64,000 nucleotides of DNA from an uncultured Vicinamibacteraceae bacterium (lineage in GTDB: Bacteria; Acidobacteriota; Vicinamibacteria; Vicinamibacterales; UBA8438): positions 33,402 through 97,401 of the forward strand of contig CAYFFV010000004.1 in assembly GCA_964342695.1 (NCBI GenBank), given 5' to 3'. The position numbers were made by a program, and so were the translations under genes. Under the pieces are notes generated by a model. The model searched no databases. It saw only the letters and a program-made list of their open reading frames with translations, and was not told the origin of the DNA. Below, in pieces: positions 18,749 to 29,422 of this stretch; positions within the stretch are counted from its first letter, which is position 1, and every line of letters starts with the position of its first letter.

Positions 18749-19693
18749 ATGAGCCTTAAAATGAAGAAGCACGAGTCGATATTTAGGCACTTTATTATTG
18801 CGCTGTGTTTGTTTCTGAGTATTGGATGTTCCATCAAATCGATGGCCATCAATACGATTGGGGAAACGTTTTCAGATGGTGCGAGTGTTTTTGCATCTGA
18901 TGAAGATCCTGAATTGGTTCGAGATGCACTCCCATTTTCTCTGAAAATGATGGAATTGCTCTTAGAGTCATCTCCTGATAATAGTGGCTTACTTCTTGGT
19001 GCTTGTAGTGGGTTTACCCAGTACGCGATTGCATTCATTGCATCCGATGCAGAGATCGCAGAATTAGGTGACTACGATTACGCTGCTGCTGATTCATTTA
19101 ATCTTAGGGCGCTCCAGTTTCATGTTCGAGCGCGAGAATATTGTCTGAGGCTGGTCGAACTTAGTTATCCAGGCATCACCGAACGATTACAACTTGAACC
19201 ACTGGAAGCAGTTCAGGAATTTGGTGTAGATGATATTGAAAACATGTATTGGCTTGGGGCTTCTTGGGGGATGGCAATTGTGCTTGGATTGCATGATATG
19301 AGTTTAGTTGCCGATTTACCCGTAGTTAAAGCTTTAATGGTCCGCGCTCTTGAGCTTGACGGAGACTATAATCGTGGTGCTCTTCATGGGGCGCTCGTTA
19401 CTGTTGAATCGGTACCAGAAATACTTGGAGGATCTGCAGAAAGAGCTCGTGAACATTTTGAACGAGCTGTTGAACTTTCTGAAGGCCTTGATGCGTCTCC
19501 ATTTGTTAGTTTGGCCGTAGGGGTTTCTCTTGCTGAGCAAAACAAGCAAGAGTTCAGGTCGTTGTTAGAAAGAGCGTTAGCAATTGATTCTGATGAAGAT
19601 AAAAGTATTCGTTTGCTTAACATTGTTTCACAACGCCGAGCGGCATTTCTTTTAGAGCATATTGATGAATTATTTGAGGAGCCGCTCGACTAG
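18749..19693 (+). CDS. TRAP transporter TatT component (TPR-like lipoprotein)
   Basis: Lipobox LSIGC; DEDPELVRDALPFSLK, GGSAERAREHFERA; directly upstream of dctP. Confidence 0.85.
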   Translation: MSLKMKKHESIFRHFIIALCLFLSIGCSIKSMAINTIGETFSDGASVFASDEDPELVRDALPFSLKMMELLLESSPDNSGLLLGACSGFTQYAIAFIASDAEIAELGDYDYAAADSFNLRALQFHVRAREYCLRLVELSYPGITERLQLEPLEAVQEFGVDDIENMYWLGASWGMAIVLGLHDMSLVADLPVVKALMVRALELDGDYNRGALHGALVTVESVPEILGGSAERAREHFERAVELSEGLDASPFVSLAVGVSLAEQNKQEFRSLLERALAIDSDEDKSIRLLNIVSQRRAAFLLEHIDELFEEPLD

Positions 19694-19708
19694 GTAAAAG
19701 GACAATCA

Positions 19709-20701
19709 ATGAAAAAGCTAGGAATTCCCGCAATATTTGTTTTGTTGTTACTGGTTCCAGTCGTGCTGTTCGCACAAAGACCACTTACATTGGGGACATT
19801 TGCTCCTCCTAATTCTATCTGGGATAGGGCTTTAAAGGGCATGGCTGATGATGTGCAAAAACAAACGAATCGGCGGGTTAGATTTCGTATTGCTGCACAA
19901 TCTCAAGGTGATGAGAGCGCAATCATTCGTCGTTTGGCTCTTGGTACTACTCAGGCCGCAGCTTTAACTCAGCCTGCTCTTGCTGGTCTTTCTGATGCTT
20001 TTAAGGTCTTTGGAATGCCTTTCTTTCTCGAATCTGATCAAGAAATTCATTATGTTCTTGAAGCTTTGAGACCGACACTTGAAAGCGCTTTAGCCGAACA
20101 CGATCTTATTCTTATCAACTGGGGGCATGCTGGTTGGGCGCACCTGTTCTCCGCCGATTCGCTGACCACCCTAGATGATATTAAGGGTGCCAAACTTTTT
20201 ACTTCAGCTGGAGATGATGAGATGGTTGCATGGTGGAAAGGGCATGGTTTTGATCCGATCCCTCTTGATCTAAGTGATGTACCCATTGGATTAAACACGG
20301 GTTTAATAACAGCATATCCATTTCCGCCCTATGCCGCGCTTTTGTTGCAATATTATCGAGCGGCTCCTCATATGCTTGATTTGCCCTTAGGGCCCGTTAT
20401 TGCAGCAACTGTGATGAATTCTTCAAGCTGGGAACGTTTAAGCCGTGAAGACCAAGAGACAATACTGCATGCTGGTAAGCAGGTTGAAGATAGTTTGTTT
20501 GATGACGTTCCTAGACAAGACAATGACGCAATTGCGGAGATGAAAAAGCGTGGTCTTAACGTAATTGAACTTGATCAGCGCACGTTGGATTCTTTCCGTC
20601 AGGCGGCGGATCAGATGAATGTATCCATGCGTGGTGCGATAGTTCCATCAGCGGTTTATGACGAAGCGGTTCGTGTTAGGAATGAGTTTCGTAATCGTTA
20701 A
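19709..20701 (+). CDS. dctP: TRAP substrate-binding protein (TatP/DctP family)
   Basis: GTFAPPNSIW, QGDESAIIRRL, signal peptide, operon context. Confidence 0.88.
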   Translation: MKKLGIPAIFVLLLLVPVVLFAQRPLTLGTFAPPNSIWDRALKGMADDVQKQTNRRVRFRIAAQSQGDESAIIRRLALGTTQAAALTQPALAGLSDAFKVFGMPFFLESDQEIHYVLEALRPTLESALAEHDLILINWGHAGWAHLFSADSLTTLDDIKGAKLFTSAGDDEMVAWWKGHGFDPIPLDLSDVPIGLNTGLITAYPFPPYAALLLQYYRAAPHMLDLPLGPVIAATVMNSSSWERLSREDQETILHAGKQVEDSLFDDVPRQDNDAIAEMKKRGLNVIELDQRTLDSFRQAADQMNVSMRGAIVPSAVYDEAVRVRNEFRNR

Positions 20702-20736
20702 GTAAATACAACAAAACCATAGGCTTAGCTGTCAGA

Positions 20737-22581
20737 ATGAATCAAGTTATCTTCCTAAAGCCTTCTAACCTCTTTAGGCGCATTGGTGATATTTTTCACG
20801 TTGCAGAAGATTACTTTGCAACTGTTTTACTAGCTTTATTGGTAATTCTTCCCCTCGCGGAGATTGCAGCACGTCCTTTTCTAACTGGTGGGATACCTGG
20901 GGCAATTCCGTTTGTTCAGCATCTCACCCTCTGGGTTGGTTTTGTTGGTGCTATGGCGGCGGCGCGAGACGGAAAATTGGTGGCCCTCGCGACGGCTAGT
21001 TTTATGCCGAGTGGTCTTTTAAGTAGTTTGGCAGTAGGATTTTCTGCCTTCTTTGGAGCTATGGTCTGTGTGATCCTGGCAGTCGGAGCCATAGCATTAA
21101 TCGGTGCTGAACGTGGCTTGGGGTCTGAGATTGCCTTAGGCATACCGACTTGGTTCGCTCAAGTAATTATTCCGTTTTCGTTTTTTGTAATTGCCGTGCG
21201 ACTAGTTTGGCGCGCGGGTGGTAGTGCCGCACGTCTAATCGCTGGTTTTGGTCTTCTCATTGGACTGTGGCTAAGCAACTCCTACGAATTTCTTGACGGC
21301 ACTAGTGAATGGCCTTGGATATTTTTGGCAGTGATTGCAGGCATCACAGGTGCACCTATTTTCACTGTACTTGCAGGGGTTGCGGTTTTTCTTTACATGA
21401 CGATCTTCTTTCCTCCTGCACAAGTTGCGCTTTATGCGTATGAGAGAGCTATAGATCCATCACTGCCGGCGATACCGTTATTTACTTTAACGGGATTTGT
21501 GCTCGCTGAGGGAAAATCGACAGAACGGTTACTGCGTTTTTTTGAAGGTATGGTTGGGTGGATTCCAGGTGGAACTGCGGTGGTTTGTGTAGTCGTATGT
21601 GCTTTTTTTACAGTGTTTTCAGGTGCTTCTGGGGTAACTATTCTTGCGCTCGGAGGGCTATTGCTTCCTGCGCTGTTAAAGCAAGGATATCGTGATCAAT
21701 TCTCTGTAGGACTTTTAACAGCATCTGGTTCGCTTGGTTTGTTACTGCCGCCAGCTTTGCCTTTGATTTTGTATGCCATCGTTGCTGAGATTGCTCCAGA
21801 GAATCTCTTTATCGCTGGACTAATTCCTGGGGTGCTTTTGGTGGTCCTGATGGCAGGTTGGTCCACACGTGAGGCGCTTATCACTAATGCAGGACGCCAT
21901 CCATTTAAATGGCGAGAATTAATTCCGTCAATTTGGATTGCCAAGTGGGAATTAATGTTGCCGTTTGTAATTTTATTTTCTTACTTTAGCGGTGTTGCAA
22001 CCTTGGTTGAAACAGCAGCACTTGCGGCTCTTTATGCAACGGTAGTCACTGTTTTTATACATAGAGATTTTTCTCTACTGTCAGGGCTGAAAAAATCATT
22101 TAGCGAATGTGGAATTTTGGTGGGTGGAGTACTTATTATTGTTGCGGTTGCTCAAGGATTCACTCAGTACACCCTGGATGCCGATATTCCTTTTCGACTG
22201 CTTGAATGGACCCAATCAAAAATTTCTTCACCTCTTGTATTTCTTCTCGCGTTAAATGTGTTCTTGTTGATTGTTGGTTGTGTGATGGATATTTTTTCTG
22301 CAATTGTCGTGGTTGTTCCGTTAATCACGGCAATCGGAGCTGCATATGGAATTGATCCCGTACATTTGGGTATTATCTTTGTTGCAAATCTTGAATTGGG
22401 ATATATGACTCCGCCAGTCGGTCTTAATTTGTTTTTCGCTTCATACCGTTTTGACCGGCCGCTTTTTCACGTCTACAAGGCGGCGTTGCCGTTTCTTTTG
22501 ATTTTGCTGGTTGGTGTGATTCTTATTACTTATATACCATGGTTGTCGCTGGGGCTTTTAGAAATACTTGGTCGTCGTTAG
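20737..22581 (+). CDS. dctM: TRAP transporter fused small+large permease (DctQ-DctM)
   Basis: LPAIPLFTLTGFVLAE, SGSLGLLLPP, GIDPVHLGIIF, TPPVGLNLF; N-terminal DctQ-like TMs. Confidence 0.9.
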   Translation: MNQVIFLKPSNLFRRIGDIFHVAEDYFATVLLALLVILPLAEIAARPFLTGGIPGAIPFVQHLTLWVGFVGAMAAARDGKLVALATASFMPSGLLSSLAVGFSAFFGAMVCVILAVGAIALIGAERGLGSEIALGIPTWFAQVIIPFSFFVIAVRLVWRAGGSAARLIAGFGLLIGLWLSNSYEFLDGTSEWPWIFLAVIAGITGAPIFTVLAGVAVFLYMTIFFPPAQVALYAYERAIDPSLPAIPLFTLTGFVLAEGKSTERLLRFFEGMVGWIPGGTAVVCVVVCAFFTVFSGASGVTILALGGLLLPALLKQGYRDQFSVGLLTASGSLGLLLPPALPLILYAIVAEIAPENLFIAGLIPGVLLVVLMAGWSTREALITNAGRHPFKWRELIPSIWIAKWELMLPFVILFSYFSGVATLVETAALAALYATVVTVFIHRDFSLLSGLKKSFSECGILVGGVLIIVAVAQGFTQYTLDADIPFRLLEWTQSKISSPLVFLLALNVFLLIVGCVMDIFSAIVVVVPLITAIGAAYGIDPVHLGIIFVANLELGYMTPPVGLNLFFASYRFDRPLFHVYKAALPFLLILLVGVILITYIPWLSLGLLEILGRR

Positions 22582-22623
22582 AAAACAATTTCTTATCTAA
22601 ATCTAAACTGAAGGGAACATGAG

Positions 22624-23721
22624 ATGGTTCGAGTAATTAAATATCGGTTGCTGTTTGTAACAATACTTGCGACTGGATTTCTTGTCGCCTGTGGTAATCA
22701 GGGCCAAGGGAAGGTAGAAGACCAAGGGACTAGTTCATCCATGGAGCATGCAGCGACTGAAATTAAAGGTGAAGTGCACCTTCGTAATATACAGCAACTT
22801 ACATTTGGTGGAGAAAATGCGGAAGCGTATTTTTCTTCTGATGGAAAGCAGCTTGTTTTTCAATCTACAAGAGAGGGCGTTCCATGTGATCAAATATTTA
22901 CAATGGACTTAGATGGGTCAAATGTGCAGATGGTGTCTAATGGTGACGGGCGTACGACCTGTGGTTATTTTTCTCCGAATCAGAATTCCATAGTTTACGC
23001 ATCTACCCATTTAGGGTCAGTCGATTGTCCTCCACCCCCAAGTTTTGAATTTGGTTATGTCTGGGCTGTTTATAGTGATTACGATATTTTTCGTGTCTTC
23101 GCTGATGGTTCTGAACCGACCAGATTGACGAGTACGCCTGGTTATGACGCGGAGGCGACGATCGGTCCTGATGGAACGGTTACTTTTACAAGTGTTCGTG
23201 ATGGTGATATGGAAATTTATTCGATGAACCCTGATGGTTCTAATGTTCGGCGTCTAACCACTCGACAGGGGCCTGATGGAGGCCCATTCTTTTCTCCAGA
23301 TGGCTCGAAAATCGTTTTTCGAGGTCGAGAAATTCCGGATGGTCCAGAGTATGACGACTACAAGAGACTGCTTGACCAAGGTTTGTGGAGACCGACTGAA
23401 CTGGAAGTTTTCGTTATGAACTCGGACGGTAGTGATTTGCACGCAGTTACAGATTTGGCTGGAGCAAGTTTCGCTCCTTTTTGGCATCCTGATGGGGAGC
23501 GCATCATATTTTCGTCTAATTGGCACAATCCTGAAGGAAGAAATTTTGATCTATTTATAATCAATACTGACGGAAGTGGTTTAGAGCAAATTACTTTTAA
23601 TGAAACGTTTGATAGCTTTCCAATGTTTTCTCCAGATGGTCGCTATCTCGTCTTTGCCTCAAATCGTCAGGCATTGAATGAGGGTGACACAAATGTATTC
23701 GTGGCAGAATGGGTTGACTAG
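22624..23721 (+). CDS. TolB-like/PD40 beta-propeller lipoprotein
   Basis: Lipobox LVAC; QLTFGGENAEAYFS and repeated FSPDG motifs. Confidence 0.85.
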   Translation: MVRVIKYRLLFVTILATGFLVACGNQGQGKVEDQGTSSSMEHAATEIKGEVHLRNIQQLTFGGENAEAYFSSDGKQLVFQSTREGVPCDQIFTMDLDGSNVQMVSNGDGRTTCGYFSPNQNSIVYASTHLGSVDCPPPPSFEFGYVWAVYSDYDIFRVFADGSEPTRLTSTPGYDAEATIGPDGTVTFTSVRDGDMEIYSMNPDGSNVRRLTTRQGPDGGPFFSPDGSKIVFRGREIPDGPEYDDYKRLLDQGLWRPTELEVFVMNSDGSDLHAVTDLAGASFAPFWHPDGERIIFSSNWHNPEGRNFDLFIINTDGSGLEQITFNETFDSFPMFSPDGRYLVFASNRQALNEGDTNVFVAEWVD

Positions 23722-23744
23722 ACTCTCATTCATTGAATTTCATT

Positions 23745-24878
23745 TTAGTGCGTTAGATAAGATTTCCCGCGATCTTTTAGTAGGTGTTCAATAGTCCGCG
23801 CATAGTATCGAAGTACAGTTCGTTCCCGCACTCGATATTTTTGTTTTTCAACGACAATAATGCCCCGTGTCTGCATCAATTCTGTTGCAGATGCTAATGC
23901 TTCACGACCAGTTTGTGCATCTAAATTTGCTTCTGAGCTTTTAAGAACTTCAATTAAACGATCAATTCGATCTTCAAGTTCTGATTTTTCAATTGAAGGT
24001 CTCATGGCGGCAGCGACAAGTGCTGTAGGAACTACTTTGTAAAGCGTGCCGATGGCAGTCTTAATTCTCCGTTTAAGGTCAACCATAGAGCGTCTTCCAT
24101 CAGGATCGTATGCATTGAGTGGAATAGGTGTGCCGAAGTTAACGATCGCGCGACTCTGGTAACCAACCGCGTACCGTATCATTTCTGCTACTTCTCGAGC
24201 GAACGGTCGTTGGTATCGTTTTACGCGCTGACGGGCTAGAACAAAATCTTCGAGGACTAGATCGTAAGCGATGGCAACTGGAATAACTACGACATCTTCA
24301 CGACGGGCTTGGGCCGCCGCGTGTAATAAACCTGTCTTTAAGGGTTTAAGCTCGCCGCTGTAGCTTCGTCCACCTTCGAGATACAGAAAAAGATCATGTC
24401 GTTTAAGAACTTCCGCAACATAGGCTTTCATCGTCGCTAAATAAGCTGGATCACGCAAATCGCGCCGGATAGGAATCGCACCGGTGACATGTTTGTGGAT
24501 TAGACCAAGTGCGCCACCAAATAAATTAATGCCAGCTGCAATAACAGGAGGACGTATTTTGTTGTCGTCTAGAACAAGAGGTTGGGTTAGATAATCTGTA
24601 TGGCTTTTGTGATTCGAAGCATATATAACGCGACTCTTACGAACGGCATTTTGAACGATTTCGATGTTTTCTTGTTGCCGTTTTATTTTTCGAAGGATCG
24701 GGTATAACGGATGCTGAAGAGCGCGGTACATATGGTACCGCTGCGTAGTTCGCAATTCGTCTAAGTAACCGTGGACTCGTTCTGCGGCTTCGTTGGAGGT
24801 TTCACCTTCTCCGCCTTGAAGGTAACGCATAACCTCTTCACGTGCGAGCACCGCTTCGATAATTTGATTTTGCCGCAC
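23745..24878 (-). CDS. Glycerol-3-phosphate acyltransferase (PlsB-like, short form)
   Basis: NHKSHTD (HxxxxD), AAGINL, GAIPIRR, YLEGGRSYSG, PVAIAYD. Confidence 0.85.
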   Translation of the reverse strand: MRQNQIIEAVLAREEVMRYLQGGEGETSNEAAERVHGYLDELRTTQRYHMYRALQHPLYPILRKIKRQQENIEIVQNAVRKSRVIYASNHKSHTDYLTQPLVLDDNKIRPPVIAAGINLFGGALGLIHKHVTGAIPIRRDLRDPAYLATMKAYVAEVLKRHDLFLYLEGGRSYSGELKPLKTGLLHAAAQARREDVVVIPVAIAYDLVLEDFVLARQRVKRYQRPFAREVAEMIRYAVGYQSRAIVNFGTPIPLNAYDPDGRRSMVDLKRRIKTAIGTLYKVVPTALVAAAMRPSIEKSELEDRIDRLIEVLKSSEANLDAQTGREALASATELMQTRGIIVVEKQKYRVRERTVLRYYARTIEHLLKDRGKSYLTH

Positions 24879-25086
24879 GGCCGAACTATACCACGCTGGA
24901 ATTAATTTTTTGTTTTGAGTGCTTTGTAAATCTGTGCTTTGTCTAAAAAAATCAATTAGATTTAATATGAAATTGGGACATTTTAAATTAGGAATGGGTG
25001 TTTTTATTAAAAAGCTTTGATCACCGTGACCTTTAAACTAGTTGATGTAAAATGGCACGCTTGCCTAAATTATTGAGAATCAGAAT

Positions 25087-26202
25087 TTGACCCAGATATT
25101 ACAAATAGTAGTTGTTGGTGCTGGCGTTGTCGGTTGTGCCATCGCTCATGAATTAGCGCGGCGAGGAGCACGTGTCCATGTTATTGAGCGCAGAGAAATT
25201 GGACAGGGTGCAACTAGAGCTTCCGCCGGAGTGTTAGCGCCTTATCTGGAGGCTCATAGGGGTGGTCCACTTGTTGATCTTTGCGTTCGAAGTTTATCTT
25301 TATACGACGAATTCGTTGCCAGAGTTGTTGAAGACTCAGGGTCTACCATTCAATATGTCCGCAATGGAACACTTGAGATAGCGACTAATGAAGCATATGC
25401 CGGGCGCTTGAAAGATATGGCGCAGTCCTTTGCTGAACTTGGTATCGCAATGGAATTTTTTGATTCCGAGACGCTTCGTTTGGTTGAGCCACAGCTTACC
25501 AATGACGTCAAAGGTGGATTATTGGTCGCTTCGCATGGATATGTAGGTGCAAACGAATTAACGAATGCTCTTCGACGAGCCGCTGTGGCTCATGGAGTAA
25601 AGTTTTCCACTTCTACGGCGGCGACAAAAATCATCCATCACAGAAACGGAATAGGAATTCGAGTGGGGACAGAAACGGTTGTGTGTGACCGGTTAATCCT
25701 GGCTGCCGGAAGTTGGTCAGGGCAGATTGAACTTGAGGGAGTCGATGCATTACCTGTTCGACCCATTCGTGGACAATTACTTCGATTAGATTGGCCAACG
25801 ACTGCACTGAATCGAACTATTTGGTCGGAAGATTGTTACCTTGTGCCTTGGAATGATGGTTCTGTTTTAGTTGGTGCCACTTCTGAGGATGTTGGTTTTG
25901 ATGAAAGAGCCACCGTTGCTGGTTTGCAGAAACTCGTTGAAGTTGCGAAGAGTATTGTGCCAGGGGCTGGTGAGGCATGGCTGAAAGAGGTAAGAGTAGG
26001 TCTTCGGCCCACCACCCCGGACGGTCTGCCAGTAATTGGTTTATCTAAGCGTCTTCCCGGACTCATATATGCATCAGGTCATTATAGAAACGGTGTTTTG
26101 TTGGCCCCTCTGACTGCTTCAATTGTTGCTGATCTTGCCGCTGGTGACACAAGCAATGACGTAGCGACACTGACGAATCCTTCTCGGTTTGGGGAGTACT
26201 GA
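25087..26202 (+). CDS. thiO: Glycine oxidase ThiO / DAO family FAD oxidoreductase
   Basis: GAGVVG, ATRASAGVL, PIRGQ, GLRPTTPDGLPVIG, GHYRNGVLLAP. Confidence 0.85.
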   Translation: MTQILQIVVVGAGVVGCAIAHELARRGARVHVIERREIGQGATRASAGVLAPYLEAHRGGPLVDLCVRSLSLYDEFVARVVEDSGSTIQYVRNGTLEIATNEAYAGRLKDMAQSFAELGIAMEFFDSETLRLVEPQLTNDVKGGLLVASHGYVGANELTNALRRAAVAHGVKFSTSTAATKIIHHRNGIGIRVGTETVVCDRLILAAGSWSGQIELEGVDALPVRPIRGQLLRLDWPTTALNRTIWSEDCYLVPWNDGSVLVGATSEDVGFDERATVAGLQKLVEVAKSIVPGAGEAWLKEVRVGLRPTTPDGLPVIGLSKRLPGLIYASGHYRNGVLLAPLTASIVADLAAGDTSNDVATLTNPSRFGEY

Positions 26203-26707
26203 CGGATTGAAGCTTAAACGGAGTTACAGCGCACGTGAAGTTGCTGCGTTCACCGGTCTAACGGCGAGACAGTTGCAGTGGTGGGATGCAAAAAAGTTGC
26301 TCTCAGCTACGGTAGCGTCTCATAAGACTGCTTCTGGAGGATTTACAGAGCGTCGGTACTCACCCATAGACCTTTATGAACTATTGGCACTTGCCGATCT
26401 TCGCCGAAGCGGATTTTCCGTCCAGAAGATTAGAATGGTTCTTGATGCCCTACGTAATGAGTTTGGTGTACGGTTATATGAGGCGTTAGGTGAGGGAGCT
26501 TATGTGACCCTCTTGACTGATGGGCGAGAAATTTATGCTCGGACTAATGCTGGCGAGTTTTTTAATTTATTGAGTGCGCCAGGGCAACCCTTGCTTGTAG
26601 TAGGGGGTGAAGCCCAGTTAAAAGAATTGAGTTCCCAGACGGCTGCACGTGGGAAGAAAAAACAAAACAGGAAAAAATCTAAAGTTAACAAGAAACAACA
26701 AAGGTAA
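26189..26707 (+). CDS. MerR-family HTH transcriptional regulator
   Basis: YSAREVAAFTGLTARQLQWWD…RRYS…LRRSGFSVQKIR; true start may be TTG near 26207. Confidence 0.85.
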   Translation: MGSTDGLKLKRSYSAREVAAFTGLTARQLQWWDAKKLLSATVASHKTASGGFTERRYSPIDLYELLALADLRRSGFSVQKIRMVLDALRNEFGVRLYEALGEGAYVTLLTDGREIYARTNAGEFFNLLSAPGQPLLVVGGEAQLKELSSQTAARGKKKQNRKKSKVNKKQQR

Positions 26708-26735
26708 ATGAGTGTTTCGTGACCTCGAAACTCAT
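26708..26735. promoter_or_regulatory. Imperfect inverted repeat upstream of the sdh operon (operator or hairpin)
   Basis: ATGAG(TG)TTTCG-tgacct-CGAAACTCAT. Confidence 0.35.
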
Positions 26736-26773
26736 GTAGTGATACGCTATTAAGTTGGGACGGAGCAAGATAT

Positions 26774-27577
26774 ATGGATCAGGTTCAAAACTTTTTACCG
26801 GTGCGTCGTTTTGGAGAAACATCACGGCAAGATAATTGGTGGTTGGAGCCACTAGTGGTCTTTATAGGACTTTCAACATTTGTTGTTTACTCGACTTGGG
26901 CAGCGTTGCAAGGCGAGCACTATTATTCAGGGCCCTATCTGTCACCTTTCTATTCGCCTGAAATTTTTGGTGAATCAAGCCACAGTCTTTTTGGTCCACG
27001 CCCCGGGTGGTGGCCTAGTTGGCTTCCATTTTCACCGGCAATCCTAATTTTATGGGCGCCAGTGGGTTTTAGAATGACCTGCTACTATTACCGAGGTGCC
27101 TACTATAAGGCATTTTGGTCAGACCCAATATCCTGTTCTGTAGGTGAACCCCGTAACATTTATCTCGGCGAGAATTCTTTTCCTCTTCTAATACAGAACA
27201 TGCATCGGTACCTGCTTCCTTTTGCGTTTGCCTTGCTAGTGTTTCTTTCGATTGATGCTTGGAAGGCCTTATGGTTTGAAGATCCACTAACTGGAGTAAC
27301 TTCATTTGGCATTGGTGTTGGCTCAATCATACTGACTCTAAATGTCATTTTACTGAGCAGTTATACCTTGGGTTGTCATTCGCTTCGGCATATCGTCGGT
27401 GGAAGAAAAGATTGTATTTCTGATTCCCCTGCACAGACATCGATGTACAACTGCGTTACTTGTTTTAACAAAAGACATATGTTGTGCGCGTGGTTGAGTC
27501 TCGTGTGTGTTGGTTTTTCTGATATATATGTCCGCATGTGTTCGATGGGTGTGTGGACAGACTTTCGAATTTTGTAG
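26774..27577 (+). CDS. Succinate dehydrogenase membrane anchor, Rv0249c/Sdh1C-like
   Basis: YLSPFYSP, FRMTCYYYRGAYY, YTLGCHSLRH, several TMs; upstream of the flavoprotein gene. Confidence 0.85.
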   Translation: MDQVQNFLPVRRFGETSRQDNWWLEPLVVFIGLSTFVVYSTWAALQGEHYYSGPYLSPFYSPEIFGESSHSLFGPRPGWWPSWLPFSPAILILWAPVGFRMTCYYYRGAYYKAFWSDPISCSVGEPRNIYLGENSFPLLIQNMHRYLLPFAFALLVFLSIDAWKALWFEDPLTGVTSFGIGVGSIILTLNVILLSSYTLGCHSLRHIVGGRKDCISDSPAQTSMYNCVTCFNKRHMLCAWLSLVCVGFSDIYVRMCSMGVWTDFRIL

Positions 27578-27583
27578 GAGCTC

Positions 27584-29398
27584 ATGGAGTATCAGACATT
27601 TGAACATGATGTGTTGGTTATAGGTGCTGGCGGAGCGGGGTTGCGTGCGGCAATTGAGGCATCGGCGGCGGGAGTGTCAGTTGGTTTGGTTTGCAAATCC
27701 TTACTTGGTAAGGCTCATACGGTTATGGCTGAGGGTGGTATGGCCGCTTCACTTGGCAATGTTGATGATCGTGATGGATGGCAGACACATTTTGCGGACA
27801 CTATGCGAGGAGGTCAGTATTTAAATAATTGGCGAATGGCAGAACTCCATGCCAAAGAGGCCCCTGATCGAGTTCGTGAACTTGAATCATGGGGTGCCGT
27901 TTTTGATCGCACAAAAGATGGCCGCATTCTTCAACGTAATTTTGGTGGTCATAAATATCCTCGCTTGGCGCATGTCGGTGATCGCACTGGTCTTGAGATG
28001 ATTCGGACCCTTCAAGATTATGGAGTTCACCAAGGAATAGATGTGCATATGGAGTGCACTGTCATTGAACTCTTAAAGGATGGAGACCGGGTTGTTGGGG
28101 CTTTTGGTTACGATCGAGAACGTGGCCGCTTTCGTGTGTTCAAGGCTAAAGCTGTCGTGCTCGCTTCTGGAGGGATAGGAAGAGCTTTTAAGGTCACTAG
28201 TAACAGTTGGGAATATACAGGTGATGGCCATGCCTTGGCATATCGGGCAGGCGCCGAATTAATCGATATGGAATTTGTTCAATTTCATCCTACAGGTATG
28301 GTGTGGCCTCCCTCCGTAAAAGGGATTTTAGTTACTGAGGGAGTCCGAGGTGAGGGTGGTGTGTTGCGTAACAGTGAAGGTCGTCGATTTATGTTTGATG
28401 ACATTCCAGATCTCTACAAACATCAGACTGCCGATAATCCCGAAGAAGGATGGATTTATACCCAAGGTGACAAGAATGCCAGAAGACCTCCAGAGTTGTT
28501 GACGCGGGATCACGTGGCGCGTTGTATCGTCCGTGAGATTAAGGAAGGTCGGGGAAGTCCTCATGGTGGAGTTTTTCTTGATATTTCTTGGATCAAGGAA
28601 AAACTTCCAAATGCTTCTGAGCATATTAAGAAGAAATTACCGAGTATGTATCATCAATTTAAACAACTTGCCGGAATTGATATTACTGCTGAGCCGATGG
28701 AAGTTGGACCGACGACTCACTACGTCATGGGTGGTGTTCGTGTCGATGCAGATACGCAGATGTCAGCCGTTCCAGGTCTTTTCGCTGCGGGGGAGGTTGC
28801 CGGTGGTCTCCATGGGGCTAATCGTCTCGGTGGTAATTCGTTGTCGGACTTGGTAGTTTTTGGCAAGCGAGCTGGTCAGTACGCGGCAGAATTTTCTAAA
28901 GACCATGGAGCAGGTTCGGTTGATAATGATCAGATTGAGATGGTCTCGCGGATAGCGTTGGCCCCCCTTGAGCGGCAAGGCACGGGGGAGCCTCCTTACC
29001 AGCTCCAGTACGAACTCCAAGATATGATGCAGAGTCAGGTTGGTATCGTGCGGAACGATGAAGAGTTGCATCAGGCGATTGATAAACTCCAGCAACTCGG
29101 CGAACGTGTCAAGAATGTTGAGGCGCAAGGCAATAGGGAGTACAACGCCGGATGGCACACGGCACTTGATTTAAGAAACTTAATGCCTGTTGCTGAGGCA
29201 GTTGCTCGTGCTGCTGCCGAGAGGAAAGAAAGTCGTGGTGCTCACTTCCGCGAAGATTTTCTTTCAAAGGATGAGGAGTGGGGAAAGACAAGCCTTGTCG
29301 CTAAGCAATCTGCTGATGGCACGATGGAAATTCGTCGGGAAGAGATTTCTGGGCCTCGAGATGATTTGCAACAGATTATTGAAGAAAATCAAAAATAG
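27584..29398 (+). CDS. sdhA: Succinate dehydrogenase/fumarate reductase flavoprotein subunit (Sdh1 type)
   Basis: GAGGAGLRAA, GKAHTVMAEGG, QFHPTG, TEGVRGEGG, HGANRLGGNSL, ESRGAH. Confidence 0.95.
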   Translation: MEYQTFEHDVLVIGAGGAGLRAAIEASAAGVSVGLVCKSLLGKAHTVMAEGGMAASLGNVDDRDGWQTHFADTMRGGQYLNNWRMAELHAKEAPDRVRELESWGAVFDRTKDGRILQRNFGGHKYPRLAHVGDRTGLEMIRTLQDYGVHQGIDVHMECTVIELLKDGDRVVGAFGYDRERGRFRVFKAKAVVLASGGIGRAFKVTSNSWEYTGDGHALAYRAGAELIDMEFVQFHPTGMVWPPSVKGILVTEGVRGEGGVLRNSEGRRFMFDDIPDLYKHQTADNPEEGWIYTQGDKNARRPPELLTRDHVARCIVREIKEGRGSPHGGVFLDISWIKEKLPNASEHIKKKLPSMYHQFKQLAGIDITAEPMEVGPTTHYVMGGVRVDADTQMSAVPGLFAAGEVAGGLHGANRLGGNSLSDLVVFGKRAGQYAAEFSKDHGAGSVDNDQIEMVSRIALAPLERQGTGEPPYQLQYELQDMMQSQVGIVRNDEELHQAIDKLQQLGERVKNVEAQGNREYNAGWHTALDLRNLMPVAEAVARAAAERKESRGAHFREDFLSKDEEWGKTSLVAKQSADGTMEIRREEISGPRDDLQQIIEENQK

Positions 29399-29422
29399 TT
29401 TATTGGTTTTTAGGAGACACGA

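Noticed and set aside
25053-25068. Possible sigma54 promoter (TGGCAC…TTGC) upstream of thiO
   Set aside because: Only 2 nt separate TGGCAC and TTGC; the required -24/-12 spacing is not met
24879-25086. TPP riboswitch upstream of thiO
   Set aside because: No CTGAGA or CCTGA…GGGA core motifs; the region is simply AT-rich
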